Source: Hadesarchaea archaeon
GTDB taxonomy: Archaea; Hadarchaeota; Hadarchaeia; Hadarchaeales; Hadarchaeaceae
Direction: 5' to 3'
DNA: 64,000 nucleotides
Assembly: GCA_029259175.1 (NCBI GenBank)
Contig: JAPDJH010000009.1
Span: forward strand, 32,001 to 96,000
Shown here: positions 49,113-59,165 of the stretch, piece by piece
Position numbering within the stretch: the first letter of the stretch is position 1
Layout: every line of letters begins with the position of its first letter
The notes under the pieces: generated by a model
Databases searched by the model: none
What the model was told of the DNA's origin: nothing
What the model saw: only the letters and a program-made list of their open reading frames with translations
Made by a program: the position numbers and the translations under genes

Positions 49113-49698
49113 ACTCCTACGCAAATTAGCCAGCTGGTTAACTCGTCATTCGACTGTGAAAGAAATAGTCGAAACCGTTCTCTTTATAGTGGCCCTTTAT
49201 TTTCTCATCGTCGGCGTTCTGATTCTTGCGTTCAACACCTCCTCTTACTGGATGGGGGTGGTTTCCAACAGTATGAAGCACGAAGAGTGGGTGGACTGGA
49301 AGCTGTATTTCCAAGATCAAAGCATGCGCCAATTTCTGCTCAGTCAGTCGAACCTCGAGTACATAAGCGAACAAGACCACCTCTACGACCCCGACCATTT
49401 TCCAATTCAAGGAGGATTCACGCGAGGAGACCTGTTAGTGATTCGCGGTGTAAACTCCATCTCGGAGATATCCGTGGGTGATGTAATCATCATCGAAAGA
49501 CCAAACGACATCCCACTGACTCACCGGGTTTTCGCTGCTTGGGAGGAAAACGGGAAGATAAGATTTACGACGAAGGGCGATTACAATTCGTATTTGCTTA
49601 GCGACGACATGATAGTTTATCCGGAGCAGATAATCGGCAAAGTGGTTTATGTAATACCAAAGCTCGGAAACATATCCGTGTGGTTCCAGGGGAGATGA
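49099..49698 (+). CDS. Signal peptidase I (Sec11 type)
   Basis: TM, VVSNSM, GDLL, HRV, TKGDYN. Confidence 0.85.
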   Translation: MAGHKLLRKLASWLTRHSTVKEIVETVLFIVALYFLIVGVLILAFNTSSYWMGVVSNSMKHEEWVDWKLYFQDQSMRQFLLSQSNLEYISEQDHLYDPDHFPIQGGFTRGDLLVIRGVNSISEISVGDVIIIERPNDIPLTHRVFAAWEENGKIRFTTKGDYNSYLLSDDMIVYPEQIIGKVVYVIPKLGNISVWFQGR

Positions 49699-49702
49699 AT
49701 CC

Positions 49703-50092
49703 ATGCGAAAACCAGCCGTTACTGTGGACATCATAATAAGAACTCCGAGAGGGGTGGTGCTGGTAAAGCGAAAAAATCCGCCTTTTAAAGGCATGTGGGC
49801 GCTTCCTGGAGGGTTTGTGGAGTACGGAGAGCGGGTGGAAGACGCCGCCGTCCGAGAAGCTCTGGAAGAAACTGGCCTCAAAATCCGGTTGAAAAAAGTT
49901 GTCGGAGTGTATTCAGACCCAAATCGTGATCCGCGAGGGCACGTGATCAGCATATGTTTCCTCGCAGAGCCCAGCGGAGGCGCCCTGAAAGCGTCCACTG
50001 ATGCGATGCGGGTAAAAACCTTCAAGAAAATCCCTTGGAAAAAGTTGGCCTTTGACCATGCCAAGATTTTAAAGGATGCGGGATTTAGGTGA
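49703..50092 (+). CDS. NUDIX hydrolase
   Basis: GGFVEYGERVEDAAVREALEETGL, RDPRGH. Confidence 0.9.
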   Translation: MRKPAVTVDIIIRTPRGVVLVKRKNPPFKGMWALPGGFVEYGERVEDAAVREALEETGLKIRLKKVVGVYSDPNRDPRGHVISICFLAEPSGGALKASTDAMRVKTFKKIPWKKLAFDHAKILKDAGFR

Positions 50093-50096
50093 TGAG

Positions 50097-50405
50097 ATGC
50101 AGCGGACTTGTCCGAAGTGTGGCGGAATTATGGGATTGAAAAAATCTGAGGATAAAACACTTCTCGTGTGCATGCGATGTGGACATGTTGAAGAAGCGAA
50201 GAAGCCTGCTGAAAAGAAAACTGCAGAAGTCCCGGTGATTGAATCACCAACAGAGAAGGCCCTCCCCACGACCAAGATCGAATGTCCTAAATGTGGCAAC
50301 GATAAAGCCTTTTGGTGGATGCAGCAGACCAGATCGGCCGATGAGCCCAGCACCAGATTTTACAAATGCACCAAGTGCGGCCATGTGTGGCGAGAATATG
50401 CGTGA
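50097..50405 (+). CDS. tfs: Transcription factor S
   Basis: Two Zn ribbons, QTRSADEP. Confidence 0.95.
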   Translation: MQRTCPKCGGIMGLKKSEDKTLLVCMRCGHVEEAKKPAEKKTAEVPVIESPTEKALPTTKIECPKCGNDKAFWWMQQTRSADEPSTRFYKCTKCGHVWREYA

Positions 50406-50414
50406 GGTGAAGAA

Positions 50415-50762
50415 ATGAACGCTACGGCTTTCCGGATTTCAGGAAAACTTCGAGACATCAGGGAAATACGAGTCGAAGATAAACGCGTCACAGTCGTGGG
50501 CATAGTGGTCGCGAAAGACGAATCCAGCATCATGATTGACGACGGCACTGGACAGGCGGCTGTTATCTTTGACAACCCGCGGTGGCTGGAAAACGTAGAG
50601 GTAGGTTCCGTTGTAAAGGTGATGGGAACACCACTTGAAGCTGAGGGAGGAATGGAGATCCACGCAGATTTGCTCCAGCGGATGAACGGATTGGACTTGA
50701 AACTATACCGGAAAGCCAGGGAAGAATTAAAAGAACTGGAACGAGAGATAAGAGGGGATTGA
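50415..50762 (+). CDS. Single OB-fold protein (RPA small-subunit-like)
   Basis: RVTVVGIVV, IDDGTG, VKVMG. Confidence 0.7.
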   Translation: MNATAFRISGKLRDIREIRVEDKRVTVVGIVVAKDESSIMIDDGTGQAAVIFDNPRWLENVEVGSVVKVMGTPLEAEGGMEIHADLLQRMNGLDLKLYRKAREELKELEREIRGD

Positions 50763-50763
50763 T

Positions 50764-51510
50764 ATGGTTAGAGTTTCGATGAGTGAACCCAAGGTTTGGA
50801 AGACGTTTGTAAGCTCTGTAACGGCGCTTATCGAAGAAGCGGCTTTCGTGTTTAGCCCAGAGGGGGTCAGAATGAAGGCCATGGATCCGTCCAAAATATC
50901 CTTGGTGGAGTTCGAACTATCGCCCAAGGCCTTTGACGAGTTCAATGTGAAGGAAAAAACAGTAGTCGGAATAAAACTCACGGAATTTGAACGTGCTCTT
51001 TCTCGTATGAAATCCAAGGATCAGCTCATTCTAGATGTTGATACTGAAAAAAACCGCTTAAACCTCGTCTTCAAAGGCGCATCCACAAGACGGCTCGGAA
51101 TTCCGCTCCTAAGCATGGAAGAGGAGGAACTCCCAGAACCCAAGCTCTCCTTCGCAGCAAAGGTCGTAGTTAGGGCTGAAGTGCTGAAGGATGGTCTCAA
51201 AGACGCCGAAATGATAGCTGAAAACGTGCGGCTCAGTGCAGATAAAAAGAGCTTCTCGCTAACAGCTGAAAGCGATCGTGGGAGCAGCGAGCTCGTGTTG
51301 TCGACCGGGGACGAGGGGCTCATCTCCTTAGAAGTTAGTGAGCCCGCGACCGCGATTTACAGTGTGAGATATTTGAAAGACATGACCAGCGGTGCATCGG
51401 CATCGGACAACATAACCCTCAAGTTTAGCACAGATCTGCCCCTCGAGATCGATTTCAATGTGGAAAACGGCAAGTTTAGGTATCTGCTCGCCCCACGTGT
51501 CGAGGCTTAA
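50764..51510 (+). CDS. pcn: PCNA sliding clamp
   Basis: MKAMDPSKISLV, YSVRYL, YLLAPRVE. Confidence 0.95.
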   Translation: MVRVSMSEPKVWKTFVSSVTALIEEAAFVFSPEGVRMKAMDPSKISLVEFELSPKAFDEFNVKEKTVVGIKLTEFERALSRMKSKDQLILDVDTEKNRLNLVFKGASTRRLGIPLLSMEEEELPEPKLSFAAKVVVRAEVLKDGLKDAEMIAENVRLSADKKSFSLTAESDRGSSELVLSTGDEGLISLEVSEPATAIYSVRYLKDMTSGASASDNITLKFSTDLPLEIDFNVENGKFRYLLAPRVEA

Positions 51511-51546
51511 CCCTCGTCTATTAGAAGATCTAGACCGAGTCTGTAG

Positions 51547-52812
51547 ATGGGTGGTTTGGTGCTCCTGCCCGAATACGCTGCTGTATTAAACCCCTTTAGC
51601 GAGGAAGGTCGAAAAATCGCAAGCAACGCTCCACCCTTTGAACAAATGCCAGAGGAAACCATCAAAACTGCTATCGAGCGAATAAAGTGGAGCGGGCGCG
51701 AAGCGATAGTTGAGCCCACTGCACAATCTATCGAGCGCGAGATCCACTCTTTCTATCTCATGTGCCAATCGCTTGCGGCTGTTTGCCATCCCTACTCAGC
51801 AGAGACCCAGTACGCACGGGAGAGTGTAAAGAAAGTTCTGAAATATCGGCTTTACGACCTTTTCAGGAAAGGTGAGGGCGAATTCTGCCTCAAAACCATT
51901 GGTCGAGCCCTCAATCTGCTGCCCCTCGAGGAGTTCATCAAGCAAAGGAAAGAACTACCCGAATCTGATTATTACCGCCTGAGAGATTTGCGGATGAAAA
52001 AGGACGGGGTGGAAGAAGTGGATCCACACTTACTCCAACAGTTTCTCCCCAAATGGGCTGTGAAGTGGACCGACGTAGGAATCGTGTTCAAACACAACCG
52101 AGCTAATCTCACGGATTTCTACTTGATCGATGGATGGATGATACTCACTCTGAGGGATCTGTGGGATCTTTACGCCGAGCTCATAGGTGACCAGACAGAG
52201 GAATACATCCAGACGGTGTACGAGCGAATGACCGACCGGGGGAAACCCGAAAGACTCGTAAAAATAGGAGAACAAATCGCGCGTCAAATTCCAAAAACCG
52301 TTGAAAGACTGCCTGGTGTGCGCGGAGTGGCGGGAAAGCTGAACCCAGAATACTTTCCTCCGTGCATACACAACGTGCTGCGCGGAGTGGGCAGCGGACT
52401 CCGAAACTTTGCCATAGTGATGTTGCTCACACCGTTTCTCTCATATGCTAGAATCGCCCCCTCAGGCAAACGAGGGGACAAAATATCTGACTTCATTCAA
52501 AATATTTCAGTCATCACCGAAGAAATCGTGCCAATAATAATGAAAGCCGCTGAGCGATGCAATCCTCCCCTGTTCTCAGACCAGCCACAGGAAAAAGCCA
52601 ACATTTTTTACCATATGGGTTTTGGAATGACAATCGCCCCGAGACTGCAGGACGCCGGAAGATCGAAGTGGTATATGGTGCCAAACTGTGCGAAGATACA
52701 AGCAGTTGCGCCCCCTCTTTGCCAGCCAGATGAACTCTGCAAGAAAATCAAAAACCCACTCACTTATTATTTCCGTAAAAAAGCTGAAGCGCTGAGGAGG
52801 AGATCTCAATGA
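51547..52812 (+). CDS. priL: DNA primase large subunit
   Basis: FPPCI, G.RN, C..I...C..IKNPLTYY. Confidence 0.9.
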   Translation: MGGLVLLPEYAAVLNPFSEEGRKIASNAPPFEQMPEETIKTAIERIKWSGREAIVEPTAQSIEREIHSFYLMCQSLAAVCHPYSAETQYARESVKKVLKYRLYDLFRKGEGEFCLKTIGRALNLLPLEEFIKQRKELPESDYYRLRDLRMKKDGVEEVDPHLLQQFLPKWAVKWTDVGIVFKHNRANLTDFYLIDGWMILTLRDLWDLYAELIGDQTEEYIQTVYERMTDRGKPERLVKIGEQIARQIPKTVERLPGVRGVAGKLNPEYFPPCIHNVLRGVGSGLRNFAIVMLLTPFLSYARIAPSGKRGDKISDFIQNISVITEEIVPIIMKAAERCNPPLFSDQPQEKANIFYHMGFGMTIAPRLQDAGRSKWYMVPNCAKIQAVAPPLCQPDELCKKIKNPLTYYFRKKAEALRRRSQ

Positions 52813-53774
52813 TCATGCGCCCAGCCACGCCAGAGGAAATAAAAAGATTCTACAGGGAGGAATGGAACAAAAAAGATTTGCCCGATTTTATCACCCACAC
52901 CTTATCTCTCCGCGAATTCGGATTTGATTTGGATGGCTCAGGACCAAGTCACCGATACAACCAATTCCTGACACTCGAACAGCTAGAGGAGTTCCTCAGG
53001 GTCAGAGCACCATACTCGGCCTACGCCAGCGTGGCCCTCTACGAAAATCCGAGAAAACGGGAAGGGTGGTTAAAGGCCGATCTCGTTTTCGATATAGATG
53101 CAAAGGATTTGCCCGTAAAGCCATGCGGGTGTCCAAAAGGACAAGTTTGCTACAAATGTATCGAGCAGGCAAAGCAAGTAGCCCTCGAGTTCGCAGATGT
53201 GCTACGCCGAGACCTCGGTTTTCGACAAATAGTTTTTGTCTACTCTGGTCGTGGTTTTCACATCCGCGTCCTCGACGAGTTCGCGATGCGACTTGAGCAC
53301 AACGAAAGACAACAATTGGTCTCCTATGTCACGGGGGCGGTTGTACCAACAGATCTCTCCCTTGCTCTTGGGTATTCCAAGGTCTTCCGCGAAAGAGCCG
53401 CCAAACTTCTTCGACTGATGAACGAAGAAAAACTCCGAGAGGTCGTCAAACGTAGAGCTTTCAAAAATTTGCTTCGGTTCAAGGATCAAATTGTTCAGTA
53501 TTTACTGGAAGGACGAGTTGATGACATCCTTAGCCTGGAGGGCATTGGCGCGGGCACGTTGGAAGCACTTCTAACAGGGCTCGCAAGGATAAACTCAGAA
53601 TTCACGGACGGAAAGGTCACTGTGGACACCAAGCGCATTTTGAGACTGCCCTCGAGCTTACACTCTGGAGTCAGCCGCAAGTGCATGGTCATAAAAAATC
53701 TGGATTCCTTTACTCCTGACGATGCAGTTCCGCGTTTTCTCCTGGAGGCTGGTGGTAAAGATGCTCAACATTGA
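52809..53774 (+). CDS. priS: DNA primase small subunit
   Basis: REFGFD, LVFDIDAKD, YSGRGFH, DxKRILRLPSSLH. Confidence 0.95.
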   Translation: MIMRPATPEEIKRFYREEWNKKDLPDFITHTLSLREFGFDLDGSGPSHRYNQFLTLEQLEEFLRVRAPYSAYASVALYENPRKREGWLKADLVFDIDAKDLPVKPCGCPKGQVCYKCIEQAKQVALEFADVLRRDLGFRQIVFVYSGRGFHIRVLDEFAMRLEHNERQQLVSYVTGAVVPTDLSLALGYSKVFRERAAKLLRLMNEEKLREVVKRRAFKNLLRFKDQIVQYLLEGRVDDILSLEGIGAGTLEALLTGLARINSEFTDGKVTVDTKRILRLPSSLHSGVSRKCMVIKNLDSFTPDDAVPRFLLEAGGKDAQH

Positions 53775-54312
53775 AGAATTGGCCAAAATCTATCAAAAGG
53801 AACTGCAGACCCCTCACTTGCTTGAACTTCCGGATGACTTCTTCGAAAAAATCGGGAAGTATCTAGTAGCACTTGAACGCGAGCAGAAGGGAGCAGAAGG
53901 GCTCAAAAAAGAACTGGTTCAAGAACAGCTCCGAGAAACCGCCTTGCTGCTCGATCTGCTCTACCAAGCCCGAATGGTAAAGGCGATGATTCAGCTGGCC
54001 ACGGGAGAAACGCCTGACACTCTCATCGCCAAAGAGCGCAACGGATTCTTAGAGATAAAAAGGGTCTTGGGCGAGCTCCACACCTTTTATGAGCGGGGTG
54101 TGGTCGAGAAAAAGGCCTTAATGGCACCCATCAGTACCAATCGAGTTCTCGTCATTTTCCAAACCGACCTCAAAGAAAAAATCTTGGGAGTGGACGCCAA
54201 GGTGTATGGCCCCTTCAAGACCGGAGACGTGGTGAATTTACCTGCCCCCAACGCAGAACTCCTGTTGAGACACGGGATCGTGAAGAAAATCAAGATAGGG
54301 GGAGAAGAGTAA
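53761..54312 (+). CDS. GINS subunit (Gins51-like)
   Basis: LLELPDDFF, GVDAKVYGPFKTGDVVNLP..NA..L; follows priS. Confidence 0.8.
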   Translation: MLNIEELAKIYQKELQTPHLLELPDDFFEKIGKYLVALEREQKGAEGLKKELVQEQLRETALLLDLLYQARMVKAMIQLATGETPDTLIAKERNGFLEIKRVLGELHTFYERGVVEKKALMAPISTNRVLVIFQTDLKEKILGVDAKVYGPFKTGDVVNLPAPNAELLLRHGIVKKIKIGGEE

Positions 54313-54362
54313 CAACTGTTTTTATTACTGGATGGTGAAATAATGGGAGCGGGGGAAGGGAG

Positions 54363-54641
54363 ATGAAACTGCCCAAAAAAGTGCGCACCTACTGCCCAAA
54401 CTGCAAAAAACACACTCAGCACACAGTCACTCAAGTAAAAAAACGGACTGCCCGCGCCCTAAGCTGGGGTCAGAGACAATTCGCTCGCGTAACGGCCGGG
54501 TACGGAAGTCAGCCGCGCTCGGAGCAGAAGAGATTTTTCAAAACAACGAAAAAGATTACTCTACTGTTCCGGTGCAGTGAGTGCGGCAAAGCACATCCAC
54601 GAAAGGGGTTCAGATCCAAGAAAGTAACGTTTGGTGAATAA
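54363..54641 (+). CDS. rpl44e: 50S ribosomal protein L44e
   Basis: [24 protein letters not shown]. Confidence 0.95.
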   Translation: MKLPKKVRTYCPNCKKHTQHTVTQVKKRTARALSWGQRQFARVTAGYGSQPRSEQKRFFKTTKKITLLFRCSECGKAHPRKGFRSKKVTFGE

Positions 54642-54642
54642 T

Positions 54643-54819
54643 ATGAAAGCAAAACGAAGCAAGTTTCTACGAGTTCGGTGCACTGGATGCGGAAACGAAC
54701 AGATAGTATTCAGTCACGCGAGCACGATCGTTAGATGCCGGGTGTGCGAGAAAACATTGGTCATTCCACGGGGTGGAAAGGCGGAAATCAAGGGAGTAAT
54801 TCTTGGTGTGGTGAGCTGA
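54643..54819 (+). CDS. rps27e: 30S ribosomal protein S27e
   Basis: [24 protein letters not shown]. Confidence 0.95.
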   Translation: MKAKRSKFLRVRCTGCGNEQIVFSHASTIVRCRVCEKTLVIPRGGKAEIKGVILGVVS

Positions 54820-54820
54820 G

Positions 54821-55618
54821 TTGGTAAAACGCAAAAAGGAATGGCCCACCGTGGACGAGCTCGTTCTATGCACTGTGAAAGAGGTCTTCGATCAGGGGGC
54901 ATTCGTAACTCTGGATGAGTATGGTGGTAAAGAGGGCATGGTTCACATCTCAGAAGTAGCATCTGGATGGATAAAGAATATTAGAGACCACGTGCGTGAA
55001 GGACAAAAAGTTGTCTGTCGGGTCCTGACTGTGCATCCAGAGCGCAACATTGTAGATCTATCCATCAGGCGTGTCAAGGACAGCGAACGAAGATGGAAGG
55101 TGGAACGCTTCAAGCTCGAACAAAGAGCTGAGAAGTTGTTGGAGCTAGCAGCCAAGAAAATGAAAAAAAGTCTGGACAAGGCTTACGAAGAAGTAGGCTT
55201 TCTCCTTCAAGACGAATTCGGCGATCTTTACGCAGCGTTTGAAGCAGCAGCACAGGATCCCAAGGCGCTCGAAAAGGTGCTTGGGAAAAAGAAAAAATGG
55301 AGCAAAGTCCTCACTGAGCTGGCCTCTTCCTTGGTAAAGACCCCAATTTACAAGATAGTGGGAGAGCTCACCCTTACTGTTCCAGCCCCCAATGGGGTTG
55401 ATATCTTGCGCGACGCCTTTCTAACTACACGTAAAACGTGTACAAAGGGCGACGTAAAAGTAGACTTCTATACCGTGGGGGCTCCGCGATATCGGATAGA
55501 AGTATCGGCGCCCTCCTACAAAGAAGCTGAAAACATCATGCGGCAGGCGGTGGAATCGGTTATCTCGAAAATAGAGTCTGCCGGCGGTCGGGGAGAGTTC
55601 CAGAGGGAAACAAAATGA
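54821..55618 (+). CDS. eif2a: Translation initiation factor 2 alpha
   Basis: S1 domain, [22 protein letters not shown]. Confidence 0.95.
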   Translation: MVKRKKEWPTVDELVLCTVKEVFDQGAFVTLDEYGGKEGMVHISEVASGWIKNIRDHVREGQKVVCRVLTVHPERNIVDLSIRRVKDSERRWKVERFKLEQRAEKLLELAAKKMKKSLDKAYEEVGFLLQDEFGDLYAAFEAAAQDPKALEKVLGKKKKWSKVLTELASSLVKTPIYKIVGELTLTVPAPNGVDILRDAFLTTRKTCTKGDVKVDFYTVGAPRYRIEVSAPSYKEAENIMRQAVESVISKIESAGGRGEFQRETK

Positions 55619-55776
55619 AGATGATGAAGTGCCGCTCATGCAATACGTACACGTTCAAAGAACTCTGCCCCAGGTGTGGGAAAAAAACATCTAGCCCCCA
55701 TCCGCCGCGGTTTTCGCCCCACGACCCGTATGGTAAATATCGCAGAAAACTGAAAGAAGAAAAGGGGATGCTCTGA
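55615..55776 (+). CDS. nop10: H/ACA RNP protein Nop10
   Basis: Manual translation [37 protein letters not shown]. Confidence 0.95.
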   Translation: MKMMKCRSCNTYTFKELCPRCGKKTSSPHPPRFSPHDPYGKYRRKLKEEKGML

Positions 55777-56540
55777 TGAAAACCACCATGCTTCAGCTGC
55801 TAGAGAAACCTCGCTTGCAGAAACCGGTGCTGATAGAAGGATTGCCGGGAATGGGCCATGTGGGCAAACTAGCAGTGGAACATCTGGTTAATGAACTCCA
55901 CGCTGTAAAGTTTGCAGAAATATACTCGCCCTACTTTCCCCACCAAGTGGTGATTCAGCGAGGAGGGATAATGCGCCCACTGAAGAACGAACTTCACTAT
56001 GCGAGCAAGGACGATGTCGACTTCATTTTCTGGACGGGAGATGTGCAACCGCTCGTATCACAAGGCCACTACCAAGTCGTGGAGAGAGTACTAGACGTGG
56101 CGTGGGATTTGGGAGTGAGAACCACATTTACACTTGGAGGATTCGCCACTGGAAAGTACGAAGAAAAAAGACCAGCCGTCATTGCACTTGGAGACCCAGA
56201 ACTCGTGCGTCTGGCCCAGCAACACGGAGCCACGACCGAAATGAGCGGCGGTCCAATTATTGGTGCTGCGGGCCTCCTGCTAGCGCTCGGACAGTCGAGA
56301 GGAATGAAAGGGCTCTGTTTGCTGGCTGAAACACCGGGAATAATGGTCGACCCAAGAGCCGCCACAGTGGTGCTGGAAGTACTTCTACCCATACTGCAAA
56401 TCAAGGTGGACTTGGCCAACCTAGAACACCACGCTCGGCTAACTCAGGGAATGATCAAGCGCTTGAAAAAAGAGATGGAGCGCCGGATTCTGCGTGAACA
56501 CAAACCGCCAGAAGAGGAAGAACCCTCCTATATCGGATAA
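55776..56540 (+). CDS. PAC2-family proteasome assembly chaperone-like protein
   Basis: EGLPGMGHVGKLA, TLGGF, IIGAAGLL, ETPG..DP. Confidence 0.9.
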   Translation: MKTTMLQLLEKPRLQKPVLIEGLPGMGHVGKLAVEHLVNELHAVKFAEIYSPYFPHQVVIQRGGIMRPLKNELHYASKDDVDFIFWTGDVQPLVSQGHYQVVERVLDVAWDLGVRTTFTLGGFATGKYEEKRPAVIALGDPELVRLAQQHGATTEMSGGPIIGAAGLLLALGQSRGMKGLCLLAETPGIMVDPRAATVVLEVLLPILQIKVDLANLEHHARLTQGMIKRLKKEMERRILREHKPPEEEEPSYIG

Positions 56541-56558
56541 ACAACGGGGAGGATAACC

Positions 56559-57791
56559 CTGGAAATCCACCACGCGGATCTCCACATTCATTCAAAGTAC
56601 TCGGGAGGCACATCTGCACGGATGGAGTTAAAAACGATCGCTCAACAAGCCCAGCTAAAGGGATTATCGATTGTTGGAACGGGCGACGCTTTACATCCCC
56701 TGTGGTTAAACAGTATCAAATCTGAACTTCAAAAAGCAGGGGACGGAATTTTTGTTTATCCGGAGCTTCGGACAAAATTTGTGCTAACGACTGAAGTGGA
56801 GGACAAAAATCGTGTGCATCACCTGATATTGATTCCAAACGAAGGGATTGCGGAGGAGCTGAGAATCCTCTTCTCCAAATGGTCAGATGACATAGATCAG
56901 GAAGGGCGCGCATCACTTCGACTTGGCGCTCCAGAAATCACAGACATGGTGGTGGAACGAGGATGTCTGATTGGACCAGCTCATGCTTTCACACCTTGGA
57001 CAAGCATGTACAAAGAGTTTAACAGTCTGGAAGAATGTTATAAAGACGCTGCACGGAAGGTAAGTTTTCTAGAGCTAGGACTGAGCGCAGATACAGACAT
57101 GGCCGATCGAATCCCCGAGTTGCACGGCCTCACCTTCCTCTCATGTTCGGACGCTCACAGTCCTTGGCCGGACAAGTTGGGGCGAGAATTCAATCGTTTT
57201 GAGATCCATGAGGTGAGTTTTTCCGAAATAGACAAGGCAATCCGGCGCCAAGGAGGGAGAAAAATTTCGCTAAACGTGGGGTTCGATCCGCGCCTCGGAA
57301 AGTATCACCGGACTGCCTGTACGCGATGTTTTAAGCACTACGCTCTCGAGGAGGCTCAAAAAGTGCATTGGAGATGCACGGAGTGCGGAGGGCTAATAAA
57401 GAAGGGAGTATGGGATCGTGTGAACGAACTCGCACACACAGAATCTCCGATTCATCCCGACCACCGGCCTCCGTACCTCCGAATCGCGCCACTTTCCGAA
57501 GTGATAGCGTTGGCAATAGGCGAATCAAATCCGCACACACCAAAAGTGCAATCGCTATGGGAAACCCTCGTCAGCGAAATCGGTGATGAAATATCGGTTC
57601 TCGTGGATGCGGACGTAGAAACTATTGAAAAAATCAGCGAACGGCGAATTGCCTTGGTGATAAAAGCTTTTAGGAACGGTAATCTAGAGGTCGTGGCAGG
57701 CGGAGGAGGAAAGTATGGGCAACTCGGACTTCCTCCAGAACTCCGACAAAAACTTGTACCGCAAAAAACACTGTTGGAGTTTGGACTATGA
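56559..57791 (+). CDS. Endonuclease Q-like PHP protein (TIGR00375 type), apparent CTG start
   Basis: ADLHIHSKYS lies upstream of the first ATG; GTGD, PAHAFTP, ELGLSAD, SDAHS, GKYH, Zn finger, PIP-like QKTLLEF. Confidence 0.85.
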   Translation: MEIHHADLHIHSKYSGGTSARMELKTIAQQAQLKGLSIVGTGDALHPLWLNSIKSELQKAGDGIFVYPELRTKFVLTTEVEDKNRVHHLILIPNEGIAEELRILFSKWSDDIDQEGRASLRLGAPEITDMVVERGCLIGPAHAFTPWTSMYKEFNSLEECYKDAARKVSFLELGLSADTDMADRIPELHGLTFLSCSDAHSPWPDKLGREFNRFEIHEVSFSEIDKAIRRQGGRKISLNVGFDPRLGKYHRTACTRCFKHYALEEAQKVHWRCTECGGLIKKGVWDRVNELAHTESPIHPDHRPPYLRIAPLSEVIALAIGESNPHTPKVQSLWETLVSEIGDEISVLVDADVETIEKISERRIALVIKAFRNGNLEVVAGGGGKYGQLGLPPELRQKLVPQKTLLEFGL

Positions 57792-57958
57792 GAGTGAACG
57801 GTAATTTGTGTGTGAGATGCGGAGCATGCGTAAGTGTGTGCCCATTTGACGCCATCGAAGCAACTGATGGAACGGTAGCGCCCAACGAGCGGTGCACGGA
57901 CTGCGGAATATGTAAACAGCTGTGTCCCATGGGGGCGATAGAAATTGGTGAAAAATGA
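57788..57958 (+). CDS. 2x[4Fe-4S] ferredoxin
   Basis: CVRCGACVSVCP, CTDCGICKQLCP. Confidence 0.9.
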   Translation: MRVNGNLCVRCGACVSVCPFDAIEATDGTVAPNERCTDCGICKQLCPMGAIEIGEK

Positions 57959-59132
57959 ATACGATGTTGTAGTTGTCGGAGCAGGTCCGGCTGGTTCAAC
58001 CGCAGCCTACTCGGCTGCAAAGATGGGAGCCAGCGTACTGGTTCTCGATAGGAGGCGAGAACTCGGGATTCCAGTTCAGTGCGGAGAAGCGCTTGCCGAA
58101 GATGTGTTGAAAGAATTGGGAATAAAGCCAGACCCCGCCTGGGCTGTTAACAAAACAAACGCTGTGAAAATCGTTTCGCCTGGAGGGATTGAAGTCCGGA
58201 TATCGGAAAGGGCTGGAGGCAAAGTGGGTTATATCCTGAACCGGAAAATATTCGACAAGTTTTTGGCACTTCGGGCAGCAGATGCGGGGGCCGATGTGAT
58301 GGCCGGCACGTTTGTTTATGGACTGATCCAAGAAGACGGAAGACCGGTAGGGGTAAAGGCGTCTGCGCCAGGACAGCGAATGGAGATCCGGTGCAAAGTG
58401 CTAATAGCGGCCGATGGGGTCGCATCCAGGATAGCGAGATGGGCGGGGATGAAAACCACCCTGAAGCTGGATGACATCGAAACTTGTGCGCAGTTCCAAA
58501 TGGTGGGAGTAAAGCTCGAAGCACCCAATCTGTTAGAATTTTATCTAGGAAGCCACATCGCCCCTGGAGGATATGCGTGGGTTTTCCCCAAATCGGAAAA
58601 CTATGCCAATGTGGGACTCGGAGTTCTAGCGAGTAGAGCTCAGCGCAGACCCATCGAATACCTGCAGGAGTTCGTGAAACGAATGCCGAATCTTCAGAGT
58701 GGAAAAATAGTAGAAATAAATGCGGGAGGAGTGCCCGTGTGCGGACCACTGGACAACACGGTAAGGGACGGTTTGCTGGTGGTGGGAGACGCTGCCAGAC
58801 AGGTGAATCCTCTGACGGGAGGAGGAATAGATTCCGCCATGCGTGCTGGAAACATTGCAGGCGAAGTTGCCGCTAAAGCCGTGGCTGAAGGGGACGTATC
58901 GGAAAAGCGATTAAAGGAATATGACAAGCGATGGCGAGAAGCTATGGAAAAACGATTACAGCGCTATCTCAAAGCCAAGGATGTGCTACTGTCTCTCTCA
59001 GATGAGGAGTTAGACAAACTCGCCAAAGTGCTGAGCAAGGTGGACTTCGATCGCATCAGTCTCACCGATATGCTGAAGGTGTTAGTTAAAGCCAGCCCAA
59101 AACTGCTCTGGAAGCTCAAGGGATTGCTGTAA
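57945..59132 (+). CDS. Digeranylgeranylglycerophospholipid reductase
   Basis: GAGPAG, PVQCGE, PGGYAWVFP, GDAA..VNPLTGGGI. Confidence 0.9.
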   Translation: MVKNEYDVVVVGAGPAGSTAAYSAAKMGASVLVLDRRRELGIPVQCGEALAEDVLKELGIKPDPAWAVNKTNAVKIVSPGGIEVRISERAGGKVGYILNRKIFDKFLALRAADAGADVMAGTFVYGLIQEDGRPVGVKASAPGQRMEIRCKVLIAADGVASRIARWAGMKTTLKLDDIETCAQFQMVGVKLEAPNLLEFYLGSHIAPGGYAWVFPKSENYANVGLGVLASRAQRRPIEYLQEFVKRMPNLQSGKIVEINAGGVPVCGPLDNTVRDGLLVVGDAARQVNPLTGGGIDSAMRAGNIAGEVAAKAVAEGDVSEKRLKEYDKRWREAMEKRLQRYLKAKDVLLSLSDEELDKLAKVLSKVDFDRISLTDMLKVLVKASPKLLWKLKGLL

Positions 59133-59165
59133 AAAAACCATTATGAACCTCAGAGCACAGTCTGT

